Positions 29,595 through 42,970 of a stretch of 64,000 nt of DNA are shown piece by piece. The first letter of the stretch is position 1. The number at the start of each line of letters is the position of its first letter. Source of the stretch: the human T2T-CHM13v2.0 reference genome, Homo sapiens; NCBI RefSeq assembly GCF_009914755.1, contig NC_060925.1; one strand, given 5' to 3'. The notes under the pieces were generated by a model. The model was not told the origin of the DNA. It ran no database searches and saw nothing but the letters and a program-made list of their open reading frames with translations. A program made the translations under genes and the position numbers.

Positions 29595-32500
29595 AAACAA
29601 ATATCAAAATCTTGACTTAACTTCCCCACCTTTATAACCACCTTGTACAAAACTAAATGGCTTTAAATATAACCATCTTCTCCCAGAGCACAGGTCCTTG
29701 GCCATATCTCAGTAGATGCATCTTTAAACTCTACTCTGCTATGCTTTAAGGGTATCTTCCAATAAGCTGATGATATCAAACGGCGTAGGGAGCTGAGAGT
29801 GCTCAGCCCGTCAGTCTTAGATTAGCCAGCCTGTTCTTCACATCGCATCAGAACTACACAAGCTTCTCATCCCCTAAATGCTGATTTTCCCATGTCAATT
29901 TATGGATAAGAGTTAATATAATAGTTAATACTTATGAGTGACCTACAGCAGAGTCTAGTTGGAGAGGCAGGCTTCCAGGATGAATTTCCAGGACTCCTCT
30001 TTCATTTCTTCATTTGAAACAAGGAGAAACTTCATTCCTCAAGGACAGGTAATGAGAGTGATTTATCTCTATGAGCGAGGCTTCAGCAAGACAGAATTAG
30101 GGTTATAGTAACAGCTGGAGTGTCTCCCATCTACTCATCTTCCTAAGCCCCCTGTTCTCATGAAGAGCAGGCAGGTTTCAGAAAGGACTCAAATACAGAA
30201 ATCTCAACATATTTTTCAGCACATATATCATTCTTTAATGTGAACTCTTACCCCTGGGATTCTTCAAGATTCTCTTCTCTCTCTCTCTTTCTCTTGGAAG
30301 TCTCCAAGAGAACAATAAGAAAGCTAAATAACTTAAAGAACAAACTAAAATGTTGTCTTCTCTAAGGATTTATTTTCCCTTTCCCCAGCTAGACTTACAC
30401 TAACTGTGTATTGATTGCTAATTATAAGCACCTTTGGCTCATTTACTTCTAGTTCAGGGTCAAGAAGGTCAGGTGCATCACCTTGCTCTAGAGAGAAAAA
30501 AGAAAAAGTAATGAAGGCTGATGTCTCAGGCACTCATCTGTAGGCTAGCCATTATTCATTTCTCCCCTTTCTTCATATACTCCCAAATACTGGCAAGGTA
30601 GGATGAAGAACTAGTACTTCTGACAACAGATTTTATTGGAAATATGCAGATTCTTGTTTCATATTTTACTTTTACCCTTCTATGACCTGGCGCTTTGCTT
30701 CCAATTCTGATTTCAGTAAGTACATCAATGAGAGGTAACTTGGAACTTAGCATAGCGGTCAGTCAGTCTGAAGAGCCTGGAGCTGAGTTCTTGAGTTATT
30801 ATAAAATGAGAAGCCAGTTTTACCATCTGCTCCTAATCATTTTTTTTTTGCCCAGCAAATGCAAAAATTACAGTGAAACAATTGCACTCACTAGTTCTTG
30901 CTGTAGTTCTTAAGGATGAGATCTTTCCAAATACATATTATATGTTTCTTCCCATAACTTCTATCTGCTAATCTCACACAAATATAAAAATTACCACCAC
31001 TAAGCCCCTGAGCCTCCCATATTTTCATTTATCCTCAATTGCCACTTAATGCCAACTCTTTTCTGGTTTCCAAGCCCTGGAGTCCAATGTCAGTGACAGA
31101 TGGACTGAGCCTCAACCCTGGAGAGGAGAGGATTCTGGCCCTCTCCTGGGGAGTTTGAGCAGAAGAGAGAGCCTGAATTCTGCTTTGGGGAGAATCTCTG
31201 AGTTTAAGCCATATGGTATTCTGGAAGTAAGGGGTTCTGATTAATATGGGCATGTGAAAAGGGCTCTGTATCTGGGTCATAATAAAATCTGTGTGTTCAT
31301 GTCAGAAAAAAACCCCAGAAATATGATTAGTGAGAATCAGAGTGTCTTGTGTGTGTGTATTGAGGGGCACATGTCAAAATATGCATCTATCTTAGGGAAC
31401 AAAAATGTGTGTTTGCCCCCATCAAATAAGAGACACTCAATGGAGATTTAAGAAGAGAGATAAGAGTTCTTTATGTCAGAACAATATGATTTTCCATTTC
31501 GGGGACTGTGAGATCTGTGGACTTGGGAGAATGTATCTATTTCACAGAAGAGTGAAATTCTCACAAAGTGAGGCTAATGCGAACAATGTACCGCAATTTT
31601 AAAAATACAGATTTTTTTTTTTTTTTAAGTGAGAAGAGTGCAGGGAGACTAAATAGCAGTTAGGATTGGGGGAATCAGTGAAACTAGAGTAGTGTGGGTG
31701 TGTAGAGCAGAACACATTTTTCTTCATGTAATGCTCCTAACCATTGCCCTGAACCTGTCATCCACACCCAGACTCTGATCATCCAGTGAAGGGAAACAGT
31801 AAAAACAAGTCAGGAAAATCAGAACCAGCAGAGATGAGTGCTTTCTTGCTTGACTTCTAACAAATTAAACTTTTCCACAGCATTGTTATCCCACCACACC
31901 AAGCCATCAGCCTGTAATATCTAAAGTGCAACATAAGGAGCATAGGAGAATAAGACAGAGCCCACTGAGAAAGGGAATTCATCCATGCCCTCAGACAGGT
32001 ATTGGGGCACTGGGATGGGTAGTGCAGAGTATGAGCAAGTTGTTGGAACCTGGGCTGAGATTTTTCATCTCCAGAGAATATATTCTTTACTTCTGATTTT
32101 CTGGGATTTCTGGCCCATTCCCAGTCTCTATTTTCCCATACCCTTCCAATGAGCTAAATTGAATTCTGCGTTTGACTCTGTTATGTTTCCTTTCTCAAGT
32201 ACTTTCCTAAGATGAGGAACTTTTTCCCCCCAGTTTTATTACATATGTGTGAAAACAGCAAGATAAATTGAGGGAAAGGGTATAAAATCCCTCTACTTAG
32301 TTTAAGAGGACAACTAAGAGTTCAAAGTCTGGCCTCCTGACTGTATTGCATTAGAATGCAGATTTCAAGTCATACCTGTCCGTATGTCTAAAGTGTTTGA
32401 TCATAGTGAGAAGGGAATGAGGAGATGGGATAAACAGACACTCCTAAAATGGCTCAGGGCTGTTATCATCCTGTCTTCAGGGGCCTACTCCAAAACAACT

Positions 32501-33088
32501 GAAGACAGTCAGTACCTGCACAGAATCTGTGCTCTAGAGGTCCTCACTGAGCCCTCCCCCGTGCCAGTTTCACCTCACCCTCTCATCCTCTTCAGGCAGA
32601 ACACTAGATGCTTGTCTAGAGCACACAGCCCAGTCCCAGAAGGAAGCAGCTAAGGCAAGGAAGAGACTCTTTCGGGATCAAATCCCCTCCCTTTTTGTCT
32701 CTCAACTGCAGTTCTCCTTGCTACAACTCAGTATTGGCTACAGAGGGGCTTGTTTTGGTTGGGGGCCAGCCCAGGGCTCCCTCCTGGTGCTAATGCACCA
32801 AGAACACTGACTCAATAGCAAATCAAAGCAACAGCTGTCCCCACCTCCTTCCCTGCCACCCACTTCCCAGTCTCTGCTCCTCGGAATCTTAACTAAGTCT
32901 CTGAAGGCCCCCCTCAGCCTACCACAAGCCCACTTCTGCCTCCAGATTTTTTCTCTCTCCAGCTCAAGAATAGGACATGTTCCTCTGCTTTTTTTCTTCT
33001 CTTCTCTTCTGGCCCCTGTCTCCTGCTTCACAATCAGGTTAGCATTCCCTCAGCTCTTCACCTTGCAGATGCCAGCAAGCACACAGAC

Positions 33089-33089
33089 A

Positions 33090-33127
<38 letters not shown>

Positions 33128-33133
33128 CACACA
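33089..33133. repeat. (CA)n microsatellite
   Basis: Directly visible. Confidence 0.95.
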
Positions 33134-35468
33134 TGCGACCTGTCCTCACAGTCACCCTTTTTAGCTCCAAAGGGCATGGCAGTGACTTCTGCCCAATGGC
33201 CTCTTCTTCTGTGTGAACTGGAACCTGCCGGTAAAGCCCTGAAGTGTAAGAAGATGCCATCCGCCCCATCTTCAGGGACTCCCTCTTCATCATAACCAAA
33301 CTTCTCCAACCTACTGGGCATTTAGTAGACTTACTTCTCTTAAGGTCCACGGTCCTGGAGTTCCTCAGTATCATGCACAGGAGATGAGGCATAGGAAGAG
33401 TGGGTGTCAGCGGAAATATTTGACACTTAGTGTCAAATTAACCACTGAATTAGCCAGTCCACAAGGACTGCTATAAACTATCAATGAGTACAGGTCTCAC
33501 TCACTGCCTGTGTGACCATGCTCAAGTTCCTAAACCTCTCTGAGCCTTGGTTCCTCATCTTTAAAATAAGAGGATTGGACCAGATGATACTTAATATCTT
33601 GTCAACTATAAAAATCTACACTTCTAAGAATCATAGAGGGGAGAATATTTTGGGCAGAATTAGGTGCAACAGAAAGAAAAAAGGAATTACTGAACTTGGA
33701 CAATAGAGAGTCAGAAAGGGCATTAGTTCCATCCTTCTGTAAAATCAAAAGGATCTTAGAAATAACCACCTCTGACCCTTAGGATTCAGTAGGCTATGAC
33801 CAGATACGCAAGTTGGCTGCAAGGTTTTAGGAACTATGTAAAATATATGTATTCATAATACCTTAAAGTTTGGATAGGGGAAAACATTTGAATTTTCTCT
33901 TAAACTTTGGATATTAAAAAATGTTAAGAATAATTGTTTTTCAGTGAGAACCAAGGGTTAACTCTAAGATAAGCTTTTCATTTTAACCCCACCTTAACAC
34001 CCACCACAGGCAAGCTAGCTAACTATCTCAAAGATTCCCTCCTCATTCAGCCTGGAAAAGCCTAGCCACACACCATTCCCAAAGCAGAAAACAAAAGCCT
34101 TTCATTTTTAACCTGCTTAGGATGGAACCAAAAGATGTCTGCCAAGGTGTAATAATAAACCTGTTTGAGCCCAGATTGGGTACAGGTTCCTTCCAAATCT
34201 AAATCTCTTAGATAATCTAATAGTGTAGGACCCCTGGGTCCATAAATCCTGGATCTCTGGCCCAGGCTTTACCAAGCTAAGCAGCTAATACACATGTTAG
34301 GACTTCTTATAGTGAAGATTCTGTTCTCCATTCCTACTGACCATCTATCTTCACTCATATCCTGTATGCCTCCTAGGAGAGTAAAGCAAAGCTGGGACAG
34401 AGTAGTTTATCAAGAGGCTGCTTGATAAACAAGACTATAGGAGGAAAAACCAGACAGCAACAGAAATAATAGAGAGAGGAAACAAGGAGGAGCAAGGTCT
34501 CAGTAGCCCAGCCAGAAAGAGGGTGGATGGGGCAGTGAGGTGGAGAGAAGGCCTAGATCAGGGAGGTAGGCAGCTGAAGCGTGACTGAGCTCTGAAGTTC
34601 CAAAGTGGATGTGAGCTGGAACGCATTGGAACTAAGGAAAGGAGATCCTTTAGGAGACTGCTGCTTGTGAGGGGACAAGAGGCCTTTCCCTGAGGAGCAA
34701 TGAAAAAGGAAAAAATAGTATCTGAAAAGAAAGAGGGTACCAGATGACAGAATAACTCCCACCCCGTATGGCTCAGCTTCTATTTGACTACACTATTATA
34801 TCGTGGCCATTAGGGAATTAGGAATTTAATGGGGGACAGACAGAGTTAGAAAGGAATGGAGGGTAGGAAGTAAGAGAATATTTTGACATTCAGGCAAAGC
34901 CTTAGATTAGGAAATTACAAAGTGACTTCAGTAGATGTGACATCGCTGCTGGCTGCCCAAGAACAACCGAAGGAAGTTAACTGTACAGAGTTCCTTCTGA
35001 CCAGCGTTTTGTGCTCTAAAGTCAAAGCAACTCCCCCAAATTTTGAAGTTTTCAGCTAAATCAGAATTCAGATAGAAGTGGTCTGATTTCTTCCAAATGC
35101 ACAACCAAATATTCACTGTCAAAGAAAACTGTCACTCTGAGCATAAAGAAAAGCTCCAGGGGCTGAGTTCTAATCCTGATTTTGCTATGGCCAGTCTCTT
35201 GTGCATGTGATCCAACTGTACATAGAATTCACTAAGAAGCTGGGGTTAGGGAAAAATGAGAATGACATAATCTGGACAAGGAGCCCAGCAATGGATGTAG
35301 ATAAACCATTCTAAAAGTGGGTCCCTTCAGTATTCTGGGCCGCAGCCCCCAATATGTTTTTCCCTTGGAGATAACACTCCTCCACCCACCTGTCATGGTA
35401 GTCGTGAGGAATAACAAGTAGGCTGGGATGAACAGTATTTTTAACTCTGGAGTTAGAGAAATGCTGAG

Positions 35469-35498
35469 TCATCATCATCATCATCACCATCATCATCA
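35469..35498. repeat. (CAT)n trinucleotide microsatellite
   Basis: tcatcatcatcatcatcaccatcatcatca. Confidence 0.93.
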
Positions 35499-36829
35499 AC
35501 TCCTACTCAGGGAGCTTTTTTTTTCTACAGTCAGGGAAGTGGGACTCTGGACTCAAGCACTGGCAAGGCCAGCAGCAGTTATTCAGGAGAGCTCTGTCCT
35601 CCTGTTCCACCATCTGACCTGTGCACCTGTGACCCTGTTTATGGCTGTAAGGCCAATATGTTATAGGTCCCCAAAACAGACACGGCAGGGACAATATATA
35701 AACCAAGCAATCCGGGGTTATACTGGCAGACTTTCATAGACTTTCCACTAAAGTTGCTTAAATTCAAGACAATACATTTTTATTTATTTGAGTTACTCAT
35801 TTATTTATTCAATAAATATTTATTGAGCACTTATTATGTGTGAGACTCTGTGCTATGAGTGAAAAACTGAATAACAGGTGCTTTAAAGAAGCACATTAGT
35901 AATTCTCCAATTCCCACCTCTGCCACTCTTAATATGAACAATCAATAAGAAGAAAATCAGTGGGTGAAAGGGCTACTTTGTCCTTTAAAATGCTGGAAAT
36001 CCTAAAGATACTAGAACCCATGAGCAAATAAAGCAAGAGTTAAGAAACCTCCAAAGCAATTCAGAACAGACAAGAAGATAATTCTTTAGTTTTCAGCCTA
36101 GCTGCTAGAGTGCTATGAAAACACAAGGAGATTTTTTTTTAACTAGACATGCCATTTGCTTGGTTATCTGAAGAGTCCCACACGGTAAGGCACTTAGGGG
36201 TCCATGAAATAGTCCCAAAGGTATAGGTGCAGGCACATTAAGGCATCCAAGTAAAAATGTACATTCAATGGGTACAAACCACAGGACCGTCAACACCACA
36301 GGTGCGCATTTCCAATTTGCTATACTGTCGTTTTCATCATACTGCAGGTGAATGTTGTAAATATTGTTTAGGTGAGTCACCCCTGGCCACAATGCAACAA
36401 GGAATCTTTCCCAGTTTACGCTCTACCCTACCACCACACACACAAAATACATGCTTCTGCAGAGGGGGACAGTGTAGTAAAGATGTGCAGAAAGCCTGGG
36501 CTTTGTGGTCAGAGAGGTCTAAGTTTAAAGTCCATCCTATCCCAGTACTTATTAGATACATCATAAGGACAAGTTTCTTAACTCGGCTTTAACGTGTGTG
36601 TAATAATATCTAGCTATTAAAAGGTTGTTCTGGAATAATGAATATACAGCAACTAATTTGGATCCTGACATATAGAAACTGTTGATAAATACCAATTTCT
36701 TCTGTCTTATAGTTTTCTGGGTAGTCTACCATCTCCCTTGGCCTGTTTCTTCATCTCCTGTTTGGTTTGCTATTTCCTCTCTACCGGCAGATTTTGAACC
36801 TAACTCTTACAGTAGAAGATGCTTAGTAT

Positions 36830-37400
36830 CTGATTCATTTAATAAAGAAATATTTATTAAGCACCTTCTATAAGCAATATGCTATATTAGGGCCAATACT
36901 GGATGCAAAATGCATCAGACCCTACCTATGGAATCGTTATAATTTGGGAGGAAAGTCAAACTTGCAGTACAAAGTAGAAAGAAATGCATAATTTAAGAAA
37001 AAGCAGATAAAGTGTGTAACTCAGAGAAGTGGGGAATTATTTCAATCTGGGACAATCAGGGAAGACTTCTGGAAAGATATGCCACAAAATGTAGGCTTTA
37101 TTCATAGATAAAGTTTAGACATGTGAAGATGGGTGAAGGGCATTATCAGCAAAGTTATTGCAGGCAAAGGAACGGATGCAGAAAAACAAAGCGTTCATAG
37201 AGAGAATTCCAAAAGGCTTCACATGCCTGGAATGCAGGGTGAGTGGAGTAGAGAAAACACAAAACTGAAATGAAGCTCGGCATCAGACTGTACAGGACCT
37301 TGAAGGCTAGGCTGACAACTCTGGGTATTATCTGCAGAGAGTGGAGAGTCAGTGACGGTTTCTAAGCAGGGAAAGAATATGACCGATATGACTGAAACTC
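36830..37400. mobile_element. L2 LINE fragment
   Basis: ttcatttaataaagaaatatttattaagcacc L2 3' end; aatcagggaagacttct; gaagggcatt..agca L2 text. Confidence 0.55.
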
Positions 37401-39254
37401 TCTTCATCTGTTCTTCTACCTGAGCAACCTGGGCCTTCTCTCACTAATGGTTGTATGGTCTCAATGACAGAAGCTCCTTCCGAGCTCCTATTTCCACCTC
37501 AAATTCCATACCACCCATTCAGAGTACTCCTAAGTTTTCCTTTCCAGTCTGCATTCATTGAGAGAATTCATGCTGATGTCATAAATGACTGACACAATCT
37601 GAATCCAAAGAAGGTACAAGTCTTTCACAACCCAGGTTATAATTTCTGCTACTTATCCATGTTTCTGTTGATAGCATTATAATCACTCATCCACTCCCTG
37701 GGGAGTGGCCATTCGGAATTTATTATACAGGCTTACAATTTTATAAAATGACAGGATAACTTTCAAGCGTATTAAGAGACAGTTCTCAAGAGAAGACATG
37801 AGATTATAAGTGCATTTCAAACTTAGAGGGAGAAATGTCACCCCTGGGGGAAGAAAAAAAAAGCCACCTCTTACACAGTTTCTTAAGACACCACAAACCA
37901 GAGTGAGTGCTCTGTAAACCCATAGAGGCAATACATCATGTACATCCCAAATATGACATTTATTGGAGATCATTTGGTTATCAGTCCTCTGATCTGAACA
38001 ATTCAGTTTGGTTTGAATGATCTACATCACTATTTCACTTATTCATCCTATGCAGAAAAAAGATGCCTGTGAAATGCAGGAGGAGGGGAGGGATGAAAGA
38101 AATATGAGCAAGGAGAAAAGCAACTGAGGAGGATGCAGAAAAAAGCACAGATGAAAGAAGAAGCAGCAGAGTGAAGACTAAGCCCATGCTGTTGGACAGA
38201 ATACATGCTCTGCCTGATTAACAATATACATAGCACAGTGCCAAGTGTGGCTGAATGAATTACCAGAGCCAATTAAATGTACCGAGAGCCCACTAGGGGC
38301 TAAGTGCTAACGACACAACGGTGAATAACTTAAGGCTCCTGCTCTTAACCAGCTCAAAGTTTAGATGAGGAGACTGATAACTAAACAAGTAAATCACACT
38401 GGAATGCCATAAGAAACACAGAATGTCAAAAAAGCCCCCAAAGCACCATCAGAGGCAGAAGGGATTCTGGAGAGGTATGCTATTTGTGTGCCTTTAGGTA
38501 AGTAATTGAACCTCATTGTAAAAAGCAGTTCTATCTGGCTGCCTATCTCTTGAGTTTGTTTTGAGATTAAATGAATTCGTGGTTGAAAATCCACTCTGCA
38601 AACTGAAAGTCCTATACTATGGTATGAGACGGCTATTTCCTCCACTCATTTGAGCAAAGGCCTATTTAGTACTCACTGTGCACTGGATACCAATACCGAG
38701 GGACTGAGTGTGAGTCCTCTCTGTCTTCTCCCTGTCCCTCTGCCGTCCCACACCTTGGCACAACCAATTTGGTTCCCTACTGTGTGTTGACGTTGACACA
38801 GTGCACCCACGAACACACAACCGGAAAAACAATATGAGCACTCACCACCTTCAGGTTGCCTCCATCCTCCATGTGCACAGAAGGTAGTAGGGTGAGTGTG
38901 GGGCACTCAGGGAGAGCCCCTGCTGGATGTGACAGTCCTGGCCCTCTCCCCAGCCCCCTTTCCTTCTCTCATTCTCATCCTGCTTGCCTCTCTTTTATCG
39001 ACAGTTCCCTTTCCCGCCTTTCCTGCCTACTTCTCTCTATTTGTGACTGTTTTTCTCTGTTTTCTCCGCTTTACTCCTTCTCAGCATTTGGGCATTAGCG
39101 CTTCTCCCATTTAAGAACAGAGTAATTCCTAAAATCTCCTGGAAGCTGTCTGTGAGGAGCAGAGAAGAGGGGAGGTGCCTCCATGGAGGCCAGGGAACCT
39201 CCGCAGCTGTCTCAGAGTCCCATTCCCATGCTAGGACTCTCTAACGCTGCCTGC

Positions 39255-39750
39255 TTCCTGCCTGACTCCCTCCCCTCTCCGGCCTCCCATTCTCTCCCTT
39301 CCCTCTCCACCCCCTCTTTATCCTGTACCCCTCCTCTTCTCCCTCCCCTCTCCCCTCTCCTCTCGCCCCTCGCCTCTCTTTCCCTTTGCTTCTGATTAGG
39401 CAATTCTCTCCCTAGTCCTGTCCTTTTCTTCCTCAGGGACCCTAAGCCCACGTCCCACTTTTCTTTGTAATCTCGACCTCCCGGCCCCCGCGCGCCCTCT
39501 CTCGGTCCTAGCGCCCCTTTCTCCCCTCTCCTCCCCCACCTGCCTCTCCCCAGCTGGCTCTGAGTCGCGCTGGGACGACTGGCGAAGTTCACCCGGGACT
39601 CCAAAGCCCGGACACGTAGCAGCTCTGGGCTCTGCTCAGCAGCGGATGAGCTCACTGAATTTTGCGCACTTGATTGGCTACTTCGGGGCGCTGCGGCGGG
39701 AGACCCTGAAAAGATTCGCAAGGCCGGTTTCTTTGTCCCTCCGCCTCTTC
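39255..39750. promoter_or_regulatory. Intronic CT-rich tract followed by a small CpG-rich patch with an inverted CCAAT (ATTGG ~39673)
   Basis: Cluster of CpGs at 39470-39745 in otherwise CpG-poor intron 1. Confidence 0.5.
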
Positions 39751-39771
39751 AGGTTGGGCTAGGGACTTAGG

Positions 39772-39917
39772 CCATTGGGTATTTCTTGGAAATGGAATTC
39801 CAGTAACCAAGAAAGGAATAGGCAGACAGGTAGGGGTAAGGTAGGTGCCAAAGGGAGCATGGAATTGATTTAAAATTGTCTGCAGGGGGATGTAGGAAGT
39901 AAGTTTCTTGGTTTCCT
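39772..39917 (+). repeat. 146-bp dispersed direct repeat, copy 1
   Basis: Aligns without gaps to 41728-41873 with about 10 mismatches (~93%). Confidence 0.95.
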
Positions 39918-40805
39918 TAGTTTTCCTTGCAATACCTCAAGAAAGGCGTTAGGAGCCACCTTATAGGAAGAGAGGTGAGGAGGTGACGCAGGCCCTGGAA
40001 AAGGGGTTTGTTGTCCCAGAGGAAGGAGCAGACTCAGTCATTTAGAGGGGCTAAGGGTAGAGTAGGGAAAAAAGATAATTTGAGTAGCCCATAGAAGGTA
40101 GCAATCTGGGAAGACATGGTACAACTTTCAGCCCTAACCATGATCTGTTTCTTCAATGGTGGGAGTCTCACATTGAAACAAATAGAGCTTTGTATTTAAA
40201 ATCAGGCATTGAATTTCTAGTCTTCATCTCCTATTTGTATGACCCTGGGCGAGTCATTTCATTCTATTTCCACTCTGCAAAATAGGAATGATAATGTCCT
40301 TGTACTTATTTTACAGGTTTATTAAGAGGGTTACATGTGAAAGTATTTTCTAATTATTAAATGTGTAGTAATTTTAGTGAATCATATGGTGGAGCAGAAA
40401 GAATTCTGGATAAGGAATGAGAAATCTTTGGTGGTCTTTCATTTTTCTCTAGTGAACTTCACCAAGTCACTTTTAACCTTTAAGGGTTTCATTGTCCTCA
40501 TCTGCGAAGTGGGAGAACTAGACTGGATGAACTCTTAAGATCTCTTTGGCACTAACATTCTATGACTGACTGATAAAAGTTAGCATCCTCCTTTAATTCA
40601 CCCCTTCAGAGAAAAAGTCACTTCCTTTTTCAGAACTCTAGTTAATTTCGCCCCTTGGTAAGAACCCTACCTTCTCTTAGGTATCCTGGTGAACCTATTT
40701 TTCACAGGGACCTAGCCTTTCCCACATGCCCAGCAATGAAAGTAGAGCCCCACACTGTAGCAGGATACATGTAGGGCTCATGCTTGATGGAGATTCTCTC
40801 CCCAG

Positions 40806-40907
40806 GCTACTGGCAGGAGCAGGATTTGGAGCTGGGAACTCTGGCTCCACTCGACGAGGCCATCAGCTCCACAGTCTGGAGCAGCCCTGACATGCTGGCC
40901 AGTCAAG
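40806..40907 (+). CDS. CADM3: CADM3 alternative cassette exon (34 aa, GYWQEQDLELGTLAPLDEAISSTVWSSPDMLASQ; long isoform)
   Basis: ctctccccag| acceptor, AAG|GTGAGA donor, 102 nt, phase 1-1. Confidence 0.9.
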
Positions 40908-41727
40908 GTGAGAATCCAGGCCCCCTCATCTCAATGTCCCTCAGTTCCCTCACTCATCCTCACATCCTCTCCCACTCATGTTGCCTTCACCACATGTTCT
41001 CACTCCTCTCATTACCACACAGCACTTTCTCCTTTCCATCTGACATTTTAGTTCTTAGTCTGCACCACCAAATTCTGTTGCACCTACTCCTTCTTCCCTT
41101 ACTCCAGTACAGAGACCTCTGTACACCCTACACTTCTTTCCAAAAATAAAATGATTCCAGGGGAATATATTACTCAGAATAAAGAGGTTCTGGGAAGACA
41201 CAATCAGGTAGAATTCTTCAAAGGGAACCAGGGACAAAGGGATGACTGGTCAAAAATTGGCACGTGGCTATGGTAAATGAAAGGTTTCTCAAACCATTTG
41301 AGAGGTTTTAGGAATATATCACTTTCAGCTTTACTCAGCCAGCTCAGTCCATGGTACACTAATCTCAAAATCATAGTTTTAATGCTCAATTTAGATGATG
41401 ACTTGAGAAGCATTTCAATGTAAAGGGCACCTTATTGAAAGACACAGGAACAGAGTTCTAGTTCTAACTCAGATTAGTACAGTGAGCTTAGGCAATCATT
41501 GCATCTCCATTGCCTCATTGCCTACATTTGTAAAATGAGGGATTCCATGATCCCAAAGATCTCACTCAGTTCTACTAATTTTTACAATTCTTAATGCTGA
41601 AACTAACCACCAGGCTTGTGCTCCAATTTGGGAACAGTCACCCTGAACAGTCGATGCTATCAGTCAATAGCATCAACTCCAGCACGCACATCTTCATTCC
41701 TCAGGGCCTCTGCTCTGCTGGGAGCAC

Positions 41728-41873
41728 CCATTGGCTATTTCTTGGAAATGGAATTCCAGTAACCAAGAAAGGAATAAGCAGACAGGCAGGGGTAAGGTAG
41801 GTGCCAAAGGGAGCATGGAATTGTTTTAAAGTTCTCTACAGGGGAATGTAGGAAATAAGTTTCTTAGTTTCCT
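41728..41873 (+). repeat. 146-bp dispersed direct repeat, copy 2
   Basis: See copy 1. Confidence 0.95.
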
Positions 41874-42970
41874 ATTCAGACATAAGCAATGTTGGTGAAA
41901 CAATTTAGTGTCAAAGAACAGATTTTTGTGGATGCATTAGAATCAGACCTGGAAGGTGTTGTCTATTTTAGATTTGTTCGGTGGGGATCAGTGCTACTGA
42001 GTCACAGAGAGTCAGTTCTGAAGATGAGGGAATCAGTACAGGAAATCAGAATCCATGCTGTGGGGAACAAGGAACAACAGGAATAGTGTCATGGAGCCTG
42101 AGGGGCTCCCCGGTAGGCGTGACCAGAAGGCACAGTTGAGATTTAAATGCCTCATCCATAAGATATCTTCCTAGTCCTTTTTGTTTTGTTTTGTTTTGTT
42201 TAACTTGACTAAGGAGAGAAGGATTAGAAAGCATGTTTTCATCACATTGAAGAGAAAACCTTAATCCTTCCCTCTTTAAAATGACAACATCAGGATGGTG
42301 ATTTGGGTTGTGTGTTGGGAGGCGGGTAACACTAATACCACGGGGAATATGCTAAGGGCCTTGACTGAAGGGAAGTTATTGTTAGACGAATTGAAATGTA
42401 TGTAAAAATGTTTCACTTTTTAAAATATTTTGTTTGTTTTGCAGTTTTCTACCAGCTACCTCTTGTGTAAATGAATGTGCAATCCAAGAGCTGGTTTAGC
42501 CTTTTCCCCATTTTAGTTTTAGGATTATTAGTCACAACTGCTTCTCCTGTTCTTGTTCTTATATGTAGGTGGTGGCAGGAAGGCCAAACGTAGAACAACA
42601 GATATGTCTGTGTGTTTTCAGAGGTAAATGGTAGAACCATATCAGAAAAGACACATGTGGAGTGGTATGTGCAGATTTGGGGTGCCTTTACTCCTCTAAA
42701 TGTTCGTGGCCCTGTCAGTTCATTCAGGAAACATTTAACAAGTGACTATTTGTTTTTCTGTGTATTCAAAGTAAGTAAAACTAAGATCTGTCTTTCCCTC
42801 CACCGCCACCACCACCTCTTTTCCTTCCCCCATGAAACCTTACGGGTACACAGAGACCTTGTGTACACAAGGGCCTTGGATGGTCTGAACTAGATGAGGT
42901 GTACTTTGGCTCAGAAATGGGAGGAGGGGCTAGGGGTCCTCAGGAAACTAACACTCTTCTACTCCTGCAG

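Noticed and set aside
35428-35739. Poly-His ORF resembling a His-tag or engineered insert
   Set aside because: Translation of a natural (CAT)n microsatellite; no vector sequence nearby.
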